A stretch of 39,433 nucleotides of DNA, from positions 1-39,433 of IMG/VR virus record IMGVR_UViG_3300036982_000905, one strand, 5' to 3'. This document shows positions 19,469 through 27,949 of this stretch, piece by piece. The DNA is from a virus. Lineage: Duplodnaviria; Caudoviricetes. The translations under genes were made by a program, and so were the position numbers. Under the pieces are notes generated by a model. The model had not been told where the DNA came from. It saw only the letters and a program-made list of their open reading frames with translations, and ran no database searches. Numbering within the stretch: position 1 is the stretch's first letter; every line of letters begins with the position of its first letter.

Positions 19469-20311
19469 ATGTCTACGCCATTTCCTGATCCAATTATAAA
19501 ACCGTTTAGCAATACCGGTGATAACGCCGCGCCACCTCTTGGACCGATTGCAACCGCTGCAAACCAAGAAACTGGATTCCCTATTTTAGAAAGTACACCA
19601 CTAAATGTAGGTGGCATACCCGTAACTCGTGAAGAATTTAATGGAGCTTTTAATTTTTATACGAAGCAGATTCTTGCGGTAGTTTCAGGCGCACAATTTA
19701 CATTTAACCAAGCGCTATCTGACGAACAAAATGGGTACCCTGCGAATGCAATATTGTATGACTTTCAATCTGGAGCAAACCAGATATCTTTAATTCCCAA
19801 TAACACATTTAATTTTGTTACTAACCGAACGTATTTCAATGACGGTACTCACTGGAGAACAAAGCAGACTTCTGCAACAGTTCTGCAATATGTACAGAAT
19901 ACGAGTGTTACCGTGGCTTCTCCAGCGGCAATATATTTTAGTACACTATCATATGTGCTAGATTTAACAGGACTTTCTCCATATGATCCCGTAACCGGAA
20001 TATTTACCGCACCTGCCACCACACTCTATAAATTTGAATTTAATATATCTGGTGGTGTAACCATTGTAGATCCACCTCCCTTACCAATCTATGTAAACGC
20101 TGTTGTGAACGGCGTAAGCTCTAATTTTTTGTTTTTAAACAACGTAGCTGTTGGTGTTATCGGATTCGATATCATCGGAAGCTCAGTTTTAAATAAATAT
20201 CTCACAGCCGGGAGTACCGTATATTTTAGATTAGACCAAGGATTGCTTCACTATGGGGCGACTAATCAAATTAATTCTATAACGATGACATGGGACGGGA
20301 CCGCCGTTTAA
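19469..20311 (+). CDS. Baseplate-anchored tail fibre with C1q/BclA-like C-terminal domain
   Basis: N-terminal anchor (GFP...P..GG.P....FNG; GYP.NAIL); C-terminal YDPVTGIFTAP..LYKF motif. Confidence 0.75.
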   Translation: MSTPFPDPIIKPFSNTGDNAAPPLGPIATAANQETGFPILESTPLNVGGIPVTREEFNGAFNFYTKQILAVVSGAQFTFNQALSDEQNGYPANAILYDFQSGANQISLIPNNTFNFVTNRTYFNDGTHWRTKQTSATVLQYVQNTSVTVASPAAIYFSTLSYVLDLTGLSPYDPVTGIFTAPATTLYKFEFNISGGVTIVDPPPLPIYVNAVVNGVSSNFLFLNNVAVGVIGFDIIGSSVLNKYLTAGSTVYFRLDQGLLHYGATNQINSITMTWDGTAV

Positions 20312-20328
20312 AAAAGAGGAAAAACAAA

Positions 20329-20724
20329 ATGCAAGTACTACAGTATCTAATAGACAAAGATGGGTTGTTTATATGGCCTACGTTCCCACCAGAAGCAAAC
20401 CCGAGCTCATTTAACTCACCTGGGATAAATGTAGTAACACTCACTTTTTTTAACAACATAAAAATTTCAACAAATGCACTTACTGGAGCGGTTACAAACA
20501 TAACTCCAACCGATCCAGTTCTTGGTGGGTTAAGTGGAACCATAATTGTTCAAGCTCGACCCACCCCAAACTCGCCCTTTCTTAATATCACAAATGGTCT
20601 GTTAAACCTCGCAGCAGGTGAAATAATGCTTAACTTTGAGGGTTTAGCCACCGGTATTGCGTTAGCTCCAGGTAGTGTTGCAGGATGTAATTATATTCTC
20701 TGTCAACTAACAAGAGGTGCCTAA
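20329..20724 (+). CDS. Hypothetical tail-associated protein
   Basis: ATG 20329 after GAGGA; lies between the two fibre genes. Confidence 0.6.
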   Translation: MQVLQYLIDKDGLFIWPTFPPEANPSSFNSPGINVVTLTFFNNIKISTNALTGAVTNITPTDPVLGGLSGTIIVQARPTPNSPFLNITNGLLNLAAGEIMLNFEGLATGIALAPGSVAGCNYILCQLTRGA

Positions 20725-23700
20725 TGTCAGATACAAATACATACAAAGGCACTAAAATTGGTACATATCCAAAACCATCATCAGGGGGTGACGCACCAAC
20801 CGCCGGGACCGTGACGTCTGTTTCAATAACTCCCGGAAATGGATTTAATGGTACTGTAAATAACCCAACAACTACCCCAGCGATCAGCATCGCGACTTCT
20901 GTAACGGGTATTCTAAAAGGAAATGGGTTAGCGGTTAGCGCTGCAACAAACGCGGATATCATCCCGTCAAACGTTCTTACTCTAGCGAGCGGTTTGTTAA
21001 CGTCAACGGTTCGTGGAGTTGTGTCAAATGCGGTTGCAATTCCAACAGCCGTACCAACAACAAATACTCTAGTAAATAACGGCAATAACACTATCACATC
21101 AACAGTTGACGGAATAGCATCTACAACAGACCTTGTTTTATCTGCTTTTACTGTCAAACCTAGCGATAATTTTATGGCTATCTCAGTAAATGGTGTAGGT
21201 AATGTTCAAGTACCAATTGTTTCAACCATTTCTAACGCAACAAACCTAAATCAAGCAACTGTAACTGTAAACGGTCAAACAAGCGAGCCCGCTCAAATAG
21301 TGACTGATGTAGACCTTATTTTAGCAAGCTCCGATTTAACAGTTAAAGTAAACGGAGTTTCCTCTCCTACAGTTGACTTATCCACAATAATCCCCCCCAC
21401 AGGGGTAACCAGTTTTAACACAAGAACTGGTGCAGTTATGCCAATCTCGGGTGATTATACAGTTGCGCAAGTAACCGGGGCTGCTCCTTTAGCTTCTCCA
21501 GTTTTTGTTGGAACGCCTACTGCGCCTACAAGATTACCTGACGATAATAGCACAAAAATAGCAACAACAGCTTATGTAGACACAGGGTTAGCTATTAAAG
21601 CAGATTTAAATAGCCCGGCTTTAACTGGAGCTCCTACTGCGCCAACACAAACTCAAGGTGATAATAGCACAAAATTAGCGACAACAGCTTATGTTGACGC
21701 AGGTCTAATTTCTACTGGGGTAATTAGTTTTAATACAAGAACTGGTGCAGTTACGCCAACCTTGGGTGATTATACAGTTGCACAAGTAACAGGGGCAGCT
21801 CCTTTAGCGTCGCCAGCTTTAACTGGAGCTCCTACTGCACCAACACAAACTCAAGGTGATAACAGCACAAAATTAGCAACAACCGCTTACGTTGACGCAG
21901 GTCTAATCTCTACAGGCGTAACCAGTTTTAACACAAGAACTGGTGCAGTTACGCCAACCTTGGGTGATTATACAGTTGCACAAGTAACAGGGGCAGCTCC
22001 TTTAGCGTCGCCAGCTTTAACCGGGACTCCTACCGCGCCAACACCGTTAACGTCAGATAATAGCACAAAATTAGCGACGACAGCGTATGTAACTGCAAAA
22101 GTTCCCGTTACTACGAATACGTTAAACAGTTCAATAAACACGATGACAAGTACAGTAAATAGCGTATCTTCAAGTGCTCCAATTGTTAACTCGTCTGCTA
22201 TTTCTACCGCGGCAAATAATGCTATTGTAACAATTAACGGTGTAGCTAGTACATCTGCTCTTATAATAAACACAAACGCGTTAAATAGTTCAGTAAACAC
22301 GCTAACAAGTACTGTAAACGGAATAGCCGCTACTGGTGTAAGTATTATTAATAGCCACACACTTTCTAGCGCAGTTAACACAATGACAGATTCAGTAAAT
22401 GGTGTATCTGCTAATGCCTCGATTATTAATACAAACGCGTTAAATAGTTCAGTAAACACGCTAACAAGTACTGTAAACGGAATAGCCGCTACTGGTGTAA
22501 GTATTATTAATAGCCACACACTTTCTAGCGCAGTTAACACAATGACCAACGTAGTAAACGGCGTATCTTCAAGTGCTCCAATTGTTAATAGTAACGCGCT
22601 CTCATTAGTATCTACAAGTTTAACGGAAACTGTAAACGGACTACCGTCTAACACAGTTAGCGTTTGTCCTGGACCGCAATCGATTACAAGCATTGTTGAT
22701 TTTACTAGCTTAACAGAAATAGTTTTGCTTGTTGCACCCTTGAGAAATGCAATCGGCACATACAATTTGCAGATAAAATATGGGGTTAATCCAACGGGTG
22801 CAAACCCTCGTCAAGAGTTAAATATTATTTTTAGTGTTTCAGGAAATTCTTCGGCAATTTTAGGTGATGCGTCAACAGCTACAATCGAAATCATCCAGCT
22901 AAATGATTCACAAGGTGTTATAACCGCTGCTAATGTAAGTAATTTTTTGCTGTTTCGCGGATTTTACAGCGATAACGCAACGCCATATTTTGCAGTTGGG
23001 TTATCAATGCCGTACTCTTTGATTTACGGCGGTGTTGGTTTATTTGTAACGGTTTGGCAATATAGTGCGTCGTTTTTAAATGATAACTCTGCTTTGGCAG
23101 CAACTATAACAACAGATATCGTTAATTTAGTGAGCGTTTATCCAGCGTCAACTATATTTAACATGAAGGTTAGCTACGTCCCAATCTCATCTGCTAACCC
23201 GCAAAGCTACGTGTATCTTGCAGCGAGTTCAACGGGGGCAATTTTTCAGTACTCTGTTAACCCATTGACTGGAGTTCTGACTGCGTTGGTCCCAGCATCT
23301 ATAACAACCGGTGGAAATTATAAAACCGCGGCAACTAAATTGAGAAACTATGTTTATGCGGTTGCCGCTGGCGGCACATCTGTTTTTCAATTCAGGTCTA
23401 CTGCCGGTACTGGTAGATTAACTGCGTTGACGCCTGCATCTGTACCTGCTCCAAGCATTGCGACAGGTATCGCAGTCGATCCTTCTGATCGTTTTGTGTA
23501 CGTTTGTGATTTTGGAACAGGAATATTCGGTCAGTACTCGATTACAAAAGCAACGGGTCAACTTGTTGCAATCCCGGCTCCTCCAACAGCCGCGGGCGGC
23601 ATGCAAGATATTGCGATACATCCGTCTGGCAGATTTCTTTACGCGATTAATAACGCAAACGGGCTTGTATATCAGTACGCAATTAACCCGACAACAGGGG

Positions 23701-24188
23701 CCCTAACTCCTCTTGCTACACTAACAATAGCGGCAAGCACTGGCCCGGTTCAGATTGCGATCCATCCTTCAGGTTTATTTGCTTACGTTGCGAATCGAGG
23801 TGGGACAAGTATTTCTCAATACGCGATCAATCCAGGAACAGGTCAGCTATCAAGTTTGTCTACACCTACATTTACTACAGTCGGGGGACCGCAAGGCGTA
23901 ACAATTAGTTTAAACGGCAAGTTTTTATACTACGGAAACCAAGCAAATAACCAAATAATCCAAGTTACAATTAATTTATCGACTGGTTTGATAGGCACCC
24001 CAACAACAAATCAAAATGTTAACGGCGCGAGAAATAGTTGTTTTGATTTTACGGGGTCATATCTATACGTTATCAACAGCAATACTAACGTCATCGCACA
24101 ATTTAGCATAAATCAAACTACAGGAGCTATGACGGCTCTCGGGGCTATTGCAACAGGAACAAACTCATTGAGCATTATGTCAATCTAA
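20724..24188 (+). CDS. Long tail fibre/adhesin with repeat shaft and lactonase-like beta-propeller tip
   Basis: LASPALTGxPTAPT..DNSTKLATTAYV fibre repeats, ~26-aa N-T-L-T-S-T-V-N-G repeats, C-terminal IAIHPSGxFxY blades. Confidence 0.8.
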   Translation: MSDTNTYKGTKIGTYPKPSSGGDAPTAGTVTSVSITPGNGFNGTVNNPTTTPAISIATSVTGILKGNGLAVSAATNADIIPSNVLTLASGLLTSTVRGVVSNAVAIPTAVPTTNTLVNNGNNTITSTVDGIASTTDLVLSAFTVKPSDNFMAISVNGVGNVQVPIVSTISNATNLNQATVTVNGQTSEPAQIVTDVDLILASSDLTVKVNGVSSPTVDLSTIIPPTGVTSFNTRTGAVMPISGDYTVAQVTGAAPLASPVFVGTPTAPTRLPDDNSTKIATTAYVDTGLAIKADLNSPALTGAPTAPTQTQGDNSTKLATTAYVDAGLISTGVISFNTRTGAVTPTLGDYTVAQVTGAAPLASPALTGAPTAPTQTQGDNSTKLATTAYVDAGLISTGVTSFNTRTGAVTPTLGDYTVAQVTGAAPLASPALTGTPTAPTPLTSDNSTKLATTAYVTAKVPVTTNTLNSSINTMTSTVNSVSSSAPIVNSSAISTAANNAIVTINGVASTSALIINTNALNSSVNTLTSTVNGIAATGVSIINSHTLSSAVNTMTDSVNGVSANASIINTNALNSSVNTLTSTVNGIAATGVSIINSHTLSSAVNTMTNVVNGVSSSAPIVNSNALSLVSTSLTETVNGLPSNTVSVCPGPQSITSIVDFTSLTEIVLLVAPLRNAIGTYNLQIKYGVNPTGANPRQELNIIFSVSGNSSAILGDASTATIEIIQLNDSQGVITAANVSNFLLFRGFYSDNATPYFAVGLSMPYSLIYGGVGLFVTVWQYSASFLNDNSALAATITTDIVNLVSVYPASTIFNMKVSYVPISSANPQSYVYLAASSTGAIFQYSVNPLTGVLTALVPASITTGGNYKTAATKLRNYVYAVAAGGTSVFQFRSTAGTGRLTALTPASVPAPSIATGIAVDPSDRFVYVCDFGTGIFGQYSITKATGQLVAIPAPPTAAGGMQDIAIHPSGRFLYAINNANGLVYQYAINPTTGALTPLATLTIAASTGPVQIAIHPSGLFAYVANRGGTSISQYAINPGTGQLSSLSTPTFTTVGGPQGVTISLNGKFLYYGNQANNQIIQVTINLSTGLIGTPTTNQNVNGARNSCFDFTGSYLYVINSNTNVIAQFSINQTTGAMTALGAIATGTNSLSIMSI
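21618..22021. repeat. 198-bp period near-identical tandem repeat within fibre gene
   Basis: GCTTTAAC restarts at 21618, 21816 and 22014; 66-aa unit. Confidence 0.9.
22272..22546. repeat. Perfect 116-bp direct repeat, 159-bp period
   Basis: 22272-22387 is identical to 22431-22546. Confidence 0.9.
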
Positions 24189-24201
24189 AAAGGAGTGCTA
24201 C

Positions 24202-24945
24202 ATGTACTTTCAAGACGACCAAACAGTTTCAGTTTCATATAATAACGCCCCAACTCCAGGGCATGCCATCACGGCGATATCGATCGAAGGGTTCCAAGTT
24301 GAATTACCGACTTTGCCTGTTTTTTATAGTGTAGTGCGTGTAAATTCGAGCATCGAGCTGAAACCCAATGAAAATACTATTATTATTGATTCTCCAACAA
24401 ACAATGAGATTATTTATCTATTAAGCTCATCACACCCTAGTGTGGTACCCGGGCTACCGTATAATTTTATTCTGCTAAGCGGTGCGGATTGCACTAATTT
24501 GCTTGCAGTACAAAAAGAAGACTCGTTAAATGGGGTTGTCGATGGCACGTATAGATTAGTATCTCAAACTAAACAAATAAACAGTTTAACACTAATAAGC
24601 GATGGTAACGGCTGGTTTATAACAACCCCACCGCCGCCTATTTTGTATAGTGTAATTCACGTAAATTCAAGCATTGAGCTAAAACCTGAACAAAATACTA
24701 TTATCGTCGAAGTTGCTACAAATCGAGAAACAATTACGTTACCCCGGTCATCTGACGTTGCTCAATGCGTGCAATATAAATTTATCATGCTAAGTGGGGC
24801 AGATTCAGTTAACAACCTTGCAGTACAAAAAGAGGACTCGCTAAATGGGGTTATCGATGGCACGTATAAATTAACTTCTCAAATTGAACAAACAAACAGT
24901 TTAACACTAATAAGCGATGGTAACGGCTGGTTTACAGCGCCATAA
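24202..24945 (+). CDS. Tail-associated protein made of two tandem ~105-aa beta domains
   Basis: Internal duplication, each copy ending SLTLISDGNGWF; AAGGAG RBS. Confidence 0.7.
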   Translation: MYFQDDQTVSVSYNNAPTPGHAITAISIEGFQVELPTLPVFYSVVRVNSSIELKPNENTIIIDSPTNNEIIYLLSSSHPSVVPGLPYNFILLSGADCTNLLAVQKEDSLNGVVDGTYRLVSQTKQINSLTLISDGNGWFITTPPPPILYSVIHVNSSIELKPEQNTIIVEVATNRETITLPRSSDVAQCVQYKFIMLSGADSVNNLAVQKEDSLNGVIDGTYKLTSQIEQTNSLTLISDGNGWFTAP

Positions 24946-24959
24946 ATTACGGAGAAAAA

Positions 24960-25313
24960 ATGATCGACCCAACTTACGAGGTAACTGGTGTTACTTTAAT
25001 TATCTGGTATATAGGGCTTAGATGGATTTATTGCAGTAAAGAAACTTGGTTGTACAATCCAATTAACTTCTTAACTGCGATAACATCAATCTTATTTCTA
25101 ATACCAACTCTATTTATACTAAACTCGACGATGAATAAAGTATTCTATTGCTTATCTATCTGGGTTTTATTTAGAAACTTTACTTACGCAATAGAAGACA
25201 TAATCGATCTTAAAAATAACCATACACCTCGCCAAAGCATTTACGTAGCTCTTGATTTAGTCATGATTGCGTATGTAATACTCTGGCAAGTAAAGTACTA
25301 CAGAGGCCAATAA
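24960..25313 (+). CDS. Multi-pass membrane protein, holin candidate
   Basis: Three to four hydrophobic segments in 117 aa; end of late operon. Confidence 0.5.
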   Translation: MIDPTYEVTGVTLIIWYIGLRWIYCSKETWLYNPINFLTAITSILFLIPTLFILNSTMNKVFYCLSIWVLFRNFTYAIEDIIDLKNNHTPRQSIYVALDLVMIAYVILWQVKYYRGQ

Positions 25314-25627
25314 TGATAACAGACGTGCTATCAAACCATGAGATAATTTTCACTTTGCTTGCTTTTGTTTTTACTGTGGGCGGTTTCTATACAGTACAAA
25401 AAAAACTTCCAGAAATGCTAAGACGCTCGATGGAAGCCGTTGACGCAAAAATTGATAAAATTGATGCACGGATGGATTCTTCTGATAAGTCTACGCAGAG
25501 TATGCAAATAATTCAAGCAAAAAATGAGGTTAAGATTGATAGCATACAAGTCAGTCAGACAGAAATGAAGCAAAGTATCGCTAGAATCTATGAAATATTA
25601 AATAGAAAAGGTGGACGTCATGAGTGA
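25313..25627 (+). CDS. N-terminal TM plus coiled-coil protein, holin/XhlA-like candidate
   Basis: IIFTLLAFVFTVGGFY followed by a heptad-rich tail. Confidence 0.55.
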   Translation: MITDVLSNHEIIFTLLAFVFTVGGFYTVQKKLPEMLRRSMEAVDAKIDKIDARMDSSDKSTQSMQIIQAKNEVKIDSIQVSQTEMKQSIARIYEILNRKGGRHE

Positions 25628-25772
25628 GCAGGACACAAAAGATTATAAAAGTCCGATAGCTGAAGATATCGAAGCGACAGGTAATTTCTTTTCCCGAGTC
25701 GATGAAAAGTTAACGATAGCAATTTTAACTACTTTTATCATAGCGTTGATATCTTATTTAGTTCTGAGATAG
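25620..25772 (+). CDS. 50-aa protein with C-terminal TM helix (not in ORF track)
   Basis: MSEQDTKDYK...LTIAILTTFIIALISYLVLR*; AGGTGG RBS; overlaps upstream gene end. Confidence 0.65.
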   Translation: MSEQDTKDYKSPIAEDIEATGNFFSRVDEKLTIAILTTFIIALISYLVLR

Positions 25773-26045
25773 CTAGTCGTCTTTTTTCTCTAACTGATTG
25801 TAAGGATAGTTGGGATATTTTTCATCACGTTCTTTTGCTTTCTTCAAGCTATATTTAAGTAGTTCTCTTACAGTATCTGCGTCTTGCTGCATTTTATTAT
25901 ATTGAGAGACGTTAGCTTCGTTTCTTTTTTCCATAGCTTCATTACCACCTTTCATAAAAATAGCTACAGATGCAATAAAAAGAATGATAAACAACACAAC
26001 AATAGACATTACAACAGCTAAGTACACTTGAACTACTTTCATCAT
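25773..26045 (-). CDS. Single-TM membrane protein with its own promoter (moron-like)
   Basis: Long hydrophobic N-terminus; GAGG RBS; promoter at 26082-26110. Confidence 0.7.
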   Translation of the reverse strand: MMKVVQVYLAVVMSIVVLFIILFIASVAIFMKGGNEAMEKRNEANVSQYNKMQQDADTVRELLKYSLKKAKERDEKYPNYPYNQLEKKDD

Positions 26046-26081
26046 AAACCTCGTTTACTATTATTTTTCAACACAATTTAT

Positions 26082-26110
26082 CATATAGATTGTTTATGAG
26101 CATTTGTCAA
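26082..26110 (-). promoter_or_regulatory. Putative sigma70 promoter with palindrome over the -35 box
   Basis: TTGACA-17-TATATG; CATTTGTCAAATG palindrome at 26101-26113. Confidence 0.5.
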
Positions 26111-26131
26111 ATGAGTTTAGTTTTTTGATAT

Positions 26132-26160
26132 AAAAAAAACCTCAGGCAGAGCGTGAGGCT
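26132..26160 (-). terminator. Rho-independent terminator ending the early/lysis transcript
   Basis: AGCCTCA-cgctctgcc-TGAGGTT followed by a T run (8 T in total) on - strand. Confidence 0.7.
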
Positions 26161-26198
26161 ATCTCTTTCTGCACTCTATGGCAGACGAGCTAATTGCT

Positions 26199-26227
26199 TT
26201 TGTAGATTACCTGAGTTAGTTTGTCAA
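26199..26227 (-). promoter_or_regulatory. Putative sigma70 promoter with palindrome over the -35 box
   Basis: TTGACA-17-TACAAA; AGTTTGTCAAACT palindrome at 26218-26230. Confidence 0.4.
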
Positions 26228-26239
26228 ACTCATCCATGT

Positions 26240-26788
26240 TTAGAAATTAATCAAAAAACCAACTCTTGGCTCACTAAATCTGTAATCACTACGTCCAGTA
26301 ACATAAATCGGGCCCAATAATCTATACCCAATTTGGAAATCTACATCTCGAAAATTAGGCTGTAATTTCAACGGAACAGAAAAACCAAGCAACCAAGTTG
26401 ACTGGTAGCTTGTTTCTATGGTACTGAAAGTGGCGCTAGTGACTTGAGAATTAACCTCACTTAAGTCGGTATGGTTTGTGAAACTAAGGTCACTAGCGCG
26501 ATTTTCATGCTTCTTCTCTATCTCGTGAACTAAAACACCTTTCCTATTAAAAAACTTTTCTGTGTAAGATGAATTAACATCCTGAGTATTGGCCACTTTA
26601 TTTTGAATATCAGACGTAACTTGAGTAACAGTTGTCTGTTGATTTACAGTTTCTTTTTTCACTAACTTATATCTGTGGTAATTATACCCGACTAAGAAAC
26701 CACATATAATTAGAGTTGCGTACTCAGTATAACTGATGATAGCTTTTGGGCCAAAAAAATGTTTTAAAATTTCTTTTGTATTGCTCAT
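26240..26788 (-). CDS. Membrane protein with C-terminal amphipathic beta strands; spanin candidate
   Basis: N-terminal TM, Thr/Ser/Gln-rich linker, C-terminus ...RVGFLINF; two genes after endolysin; ATGA overlap gives start 26788. Confidence 0.55.
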   Translation of the reverse strand: MSNTKEILKHFFGPKAIISYTEYATLIICGFLVGYNYHRYKLVKKETVNQQTTVTQVTSDIQNKVANTQDVNSSYTEKFFNRKGVLVHEIEKKHENRASDLSFTNHTDLSEVNSQVTSATFSTIETSYQSTWLLGFSVPLKLQPNFRDVDFQIGYRLLGPIYVTGRSDYRFSEPRVGFLINF

Positions 26789-27087
26789 TTTAAATTTTTC
26801 CATTTTAGCCTAATTTCTCTTAAGTCAGATTCATTTTTATACTCTAAATATTCTTCATCTAGTAAACTATCTAATCTACCCCCCATTTTAGAAACTAACT
26901 CATATAGTCTATCTTTTTCTCTCTTAATTTCTTCAAATGAGCTGGTGACCAAGCAGTGTAAGTTTAAACACTGTTTAACATGTGAATCAGAAAGCTGATC
27001 TATTTTAGTTAATATTTCGTCTATTTCTTTTGCTACACCTACACAGATTTCTTGGACGTTCCATTCAAATTTTTCTTCTTTTTTCAT
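26785..27087 (-). CDS. Hypothetical charged helical protein
   Basis: ATGA overlaps at both ends. Confidence 0.65.
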   Translation of the reverse strand: MKKEEKFEWNVQEICVGVAKEIDEILTKIDQLSDSHVKQCLNLHCLVTSSFEEIKREKDRLYELVSKMGGRLDSLLDEEYLEYKNESDLREIRLKWKNLK

Positions 27088-27569
27088 TTTTCGTCTCCTT
27101 TCCAAAATACTGCGATCTCTTTTTCTCTTCGATTAACAAGCCCATCACAAACACCCCACTTTCCGTTAACTCTTATTTTGTTGTACATACGGAACGCTGT
27201 AGCAAGTAATTCAGGTCCGTTTCCTTGCTTATTAGCCAGTAGGGCTTTGTAAAAGAATGGTCCAGGGCGATTTACCCCCTCATTATAAAGAAGGGAACTG
27301 ATAGCTACATAGATGTCATCGTTAAATAAATATTTCCCTAAAAGAGTATCTACAGACGGAAAAACACTTGTTTTTAAAGAGGAAGTTAACCAAAAAACAG
27401 CCTCTTTTTCAGAGCACCTATCTGTGTGTAAAATTACGTTGCCACCATTAGGGTAGTTTCTTGCAGTTCCATATCCGATTGTTAGCACACCGGCGGAATC
27501 TAAATACGCATCCGCTCGGAAATTTTCTAAGCTTTTAATTAATTCGACTGCTCTTTCTTCTTTAGTCAT
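27084..27569 (-). CDS. Endolysin, GH24 lysozyme
   Basis: Catalytic E-x8-D-x5-T (ENFRADAYLDSAGVLTIGYG), YNEG, GLVNRREKE; no SAR domain. Confidence 0.92.
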   Translation of the reverse strand: MTKEERAVELIKSLENFRADAYLDSAGVLTIGYGTARNYPNGGNVILHTDRCSEKEAVFWLTSSLKTSVFPSVDTLLGKYLFNDDIYVAISSLLYNEGVNRPGPFFYKALLANKQGNGPELLATAFRMYNKIRVNGKWGVCDGLVNRREKEIAVFWKGDEK

Positions 27570-27949
27570 TCAACTATTTCCTCTATAGTTATCTTACAAT
27601 TATGTGGTTTAATACCGAATTTATGTAAGGATTTTGCAATTTCAAAATTAAAGTCGGCTTTCTTATGAGCTGCCACTGTTATAGTTTCTTGGTTCCAAGT
27701 ACTTTCTGAATAGAGTATAGAACCTTCAAACTCTATTTTAAATGGTTCTTCTTTAAAATCATCGCCAATAACTTCAACAAGCTGGTGTTCTAAGTTATTT
27801 GTGCAGTAACCGTCTAGCGTATACGTACGAGACTCATTTTGATTTTTATTTACCGCCATAAATGGGCTACTAAAACCTTCTTTATATAAAACAGTTTTCC
27901 ACTGGTTTCCTTCTCTGTCTTTGTAAACTTTATTTAATTCTAGTTTCAT
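27566..27949 (-). CDS. Hypothetical protein
   Basis: 127-aa ORF with coupled overlaps. Confidence 0.7.
   Translation of the reverse strand: MKLELNKVYKDREGNQWKTVLYKEGFSSPFMAVNKNQNESRTYTLDGYCTNNLEHQLVEVIGDDFKEEPFKIEFEGSILYSESTWNQETITVAAHKKADFNFEIAKSLHKFGIKPHNCKITIEEIVE

Noticed and set aside
21968-22765. 265-aa antisense ORF
   Set aside because: Shadow of the repetitive fibre gene; no RBS or independent motifs
24318-24931. Diversity-generating retroelement TR/VR pair
   Set aside because: Mismatches are not adenine-specific, both copies are in one ORF, and no reverse transcriptase is visible
26132-26239. Known riboswitch class such as c-di-GMP-I
   Set aside because: I could not match the conserved nucleotides of any class; kept only as an unclassified structured RNA candidate
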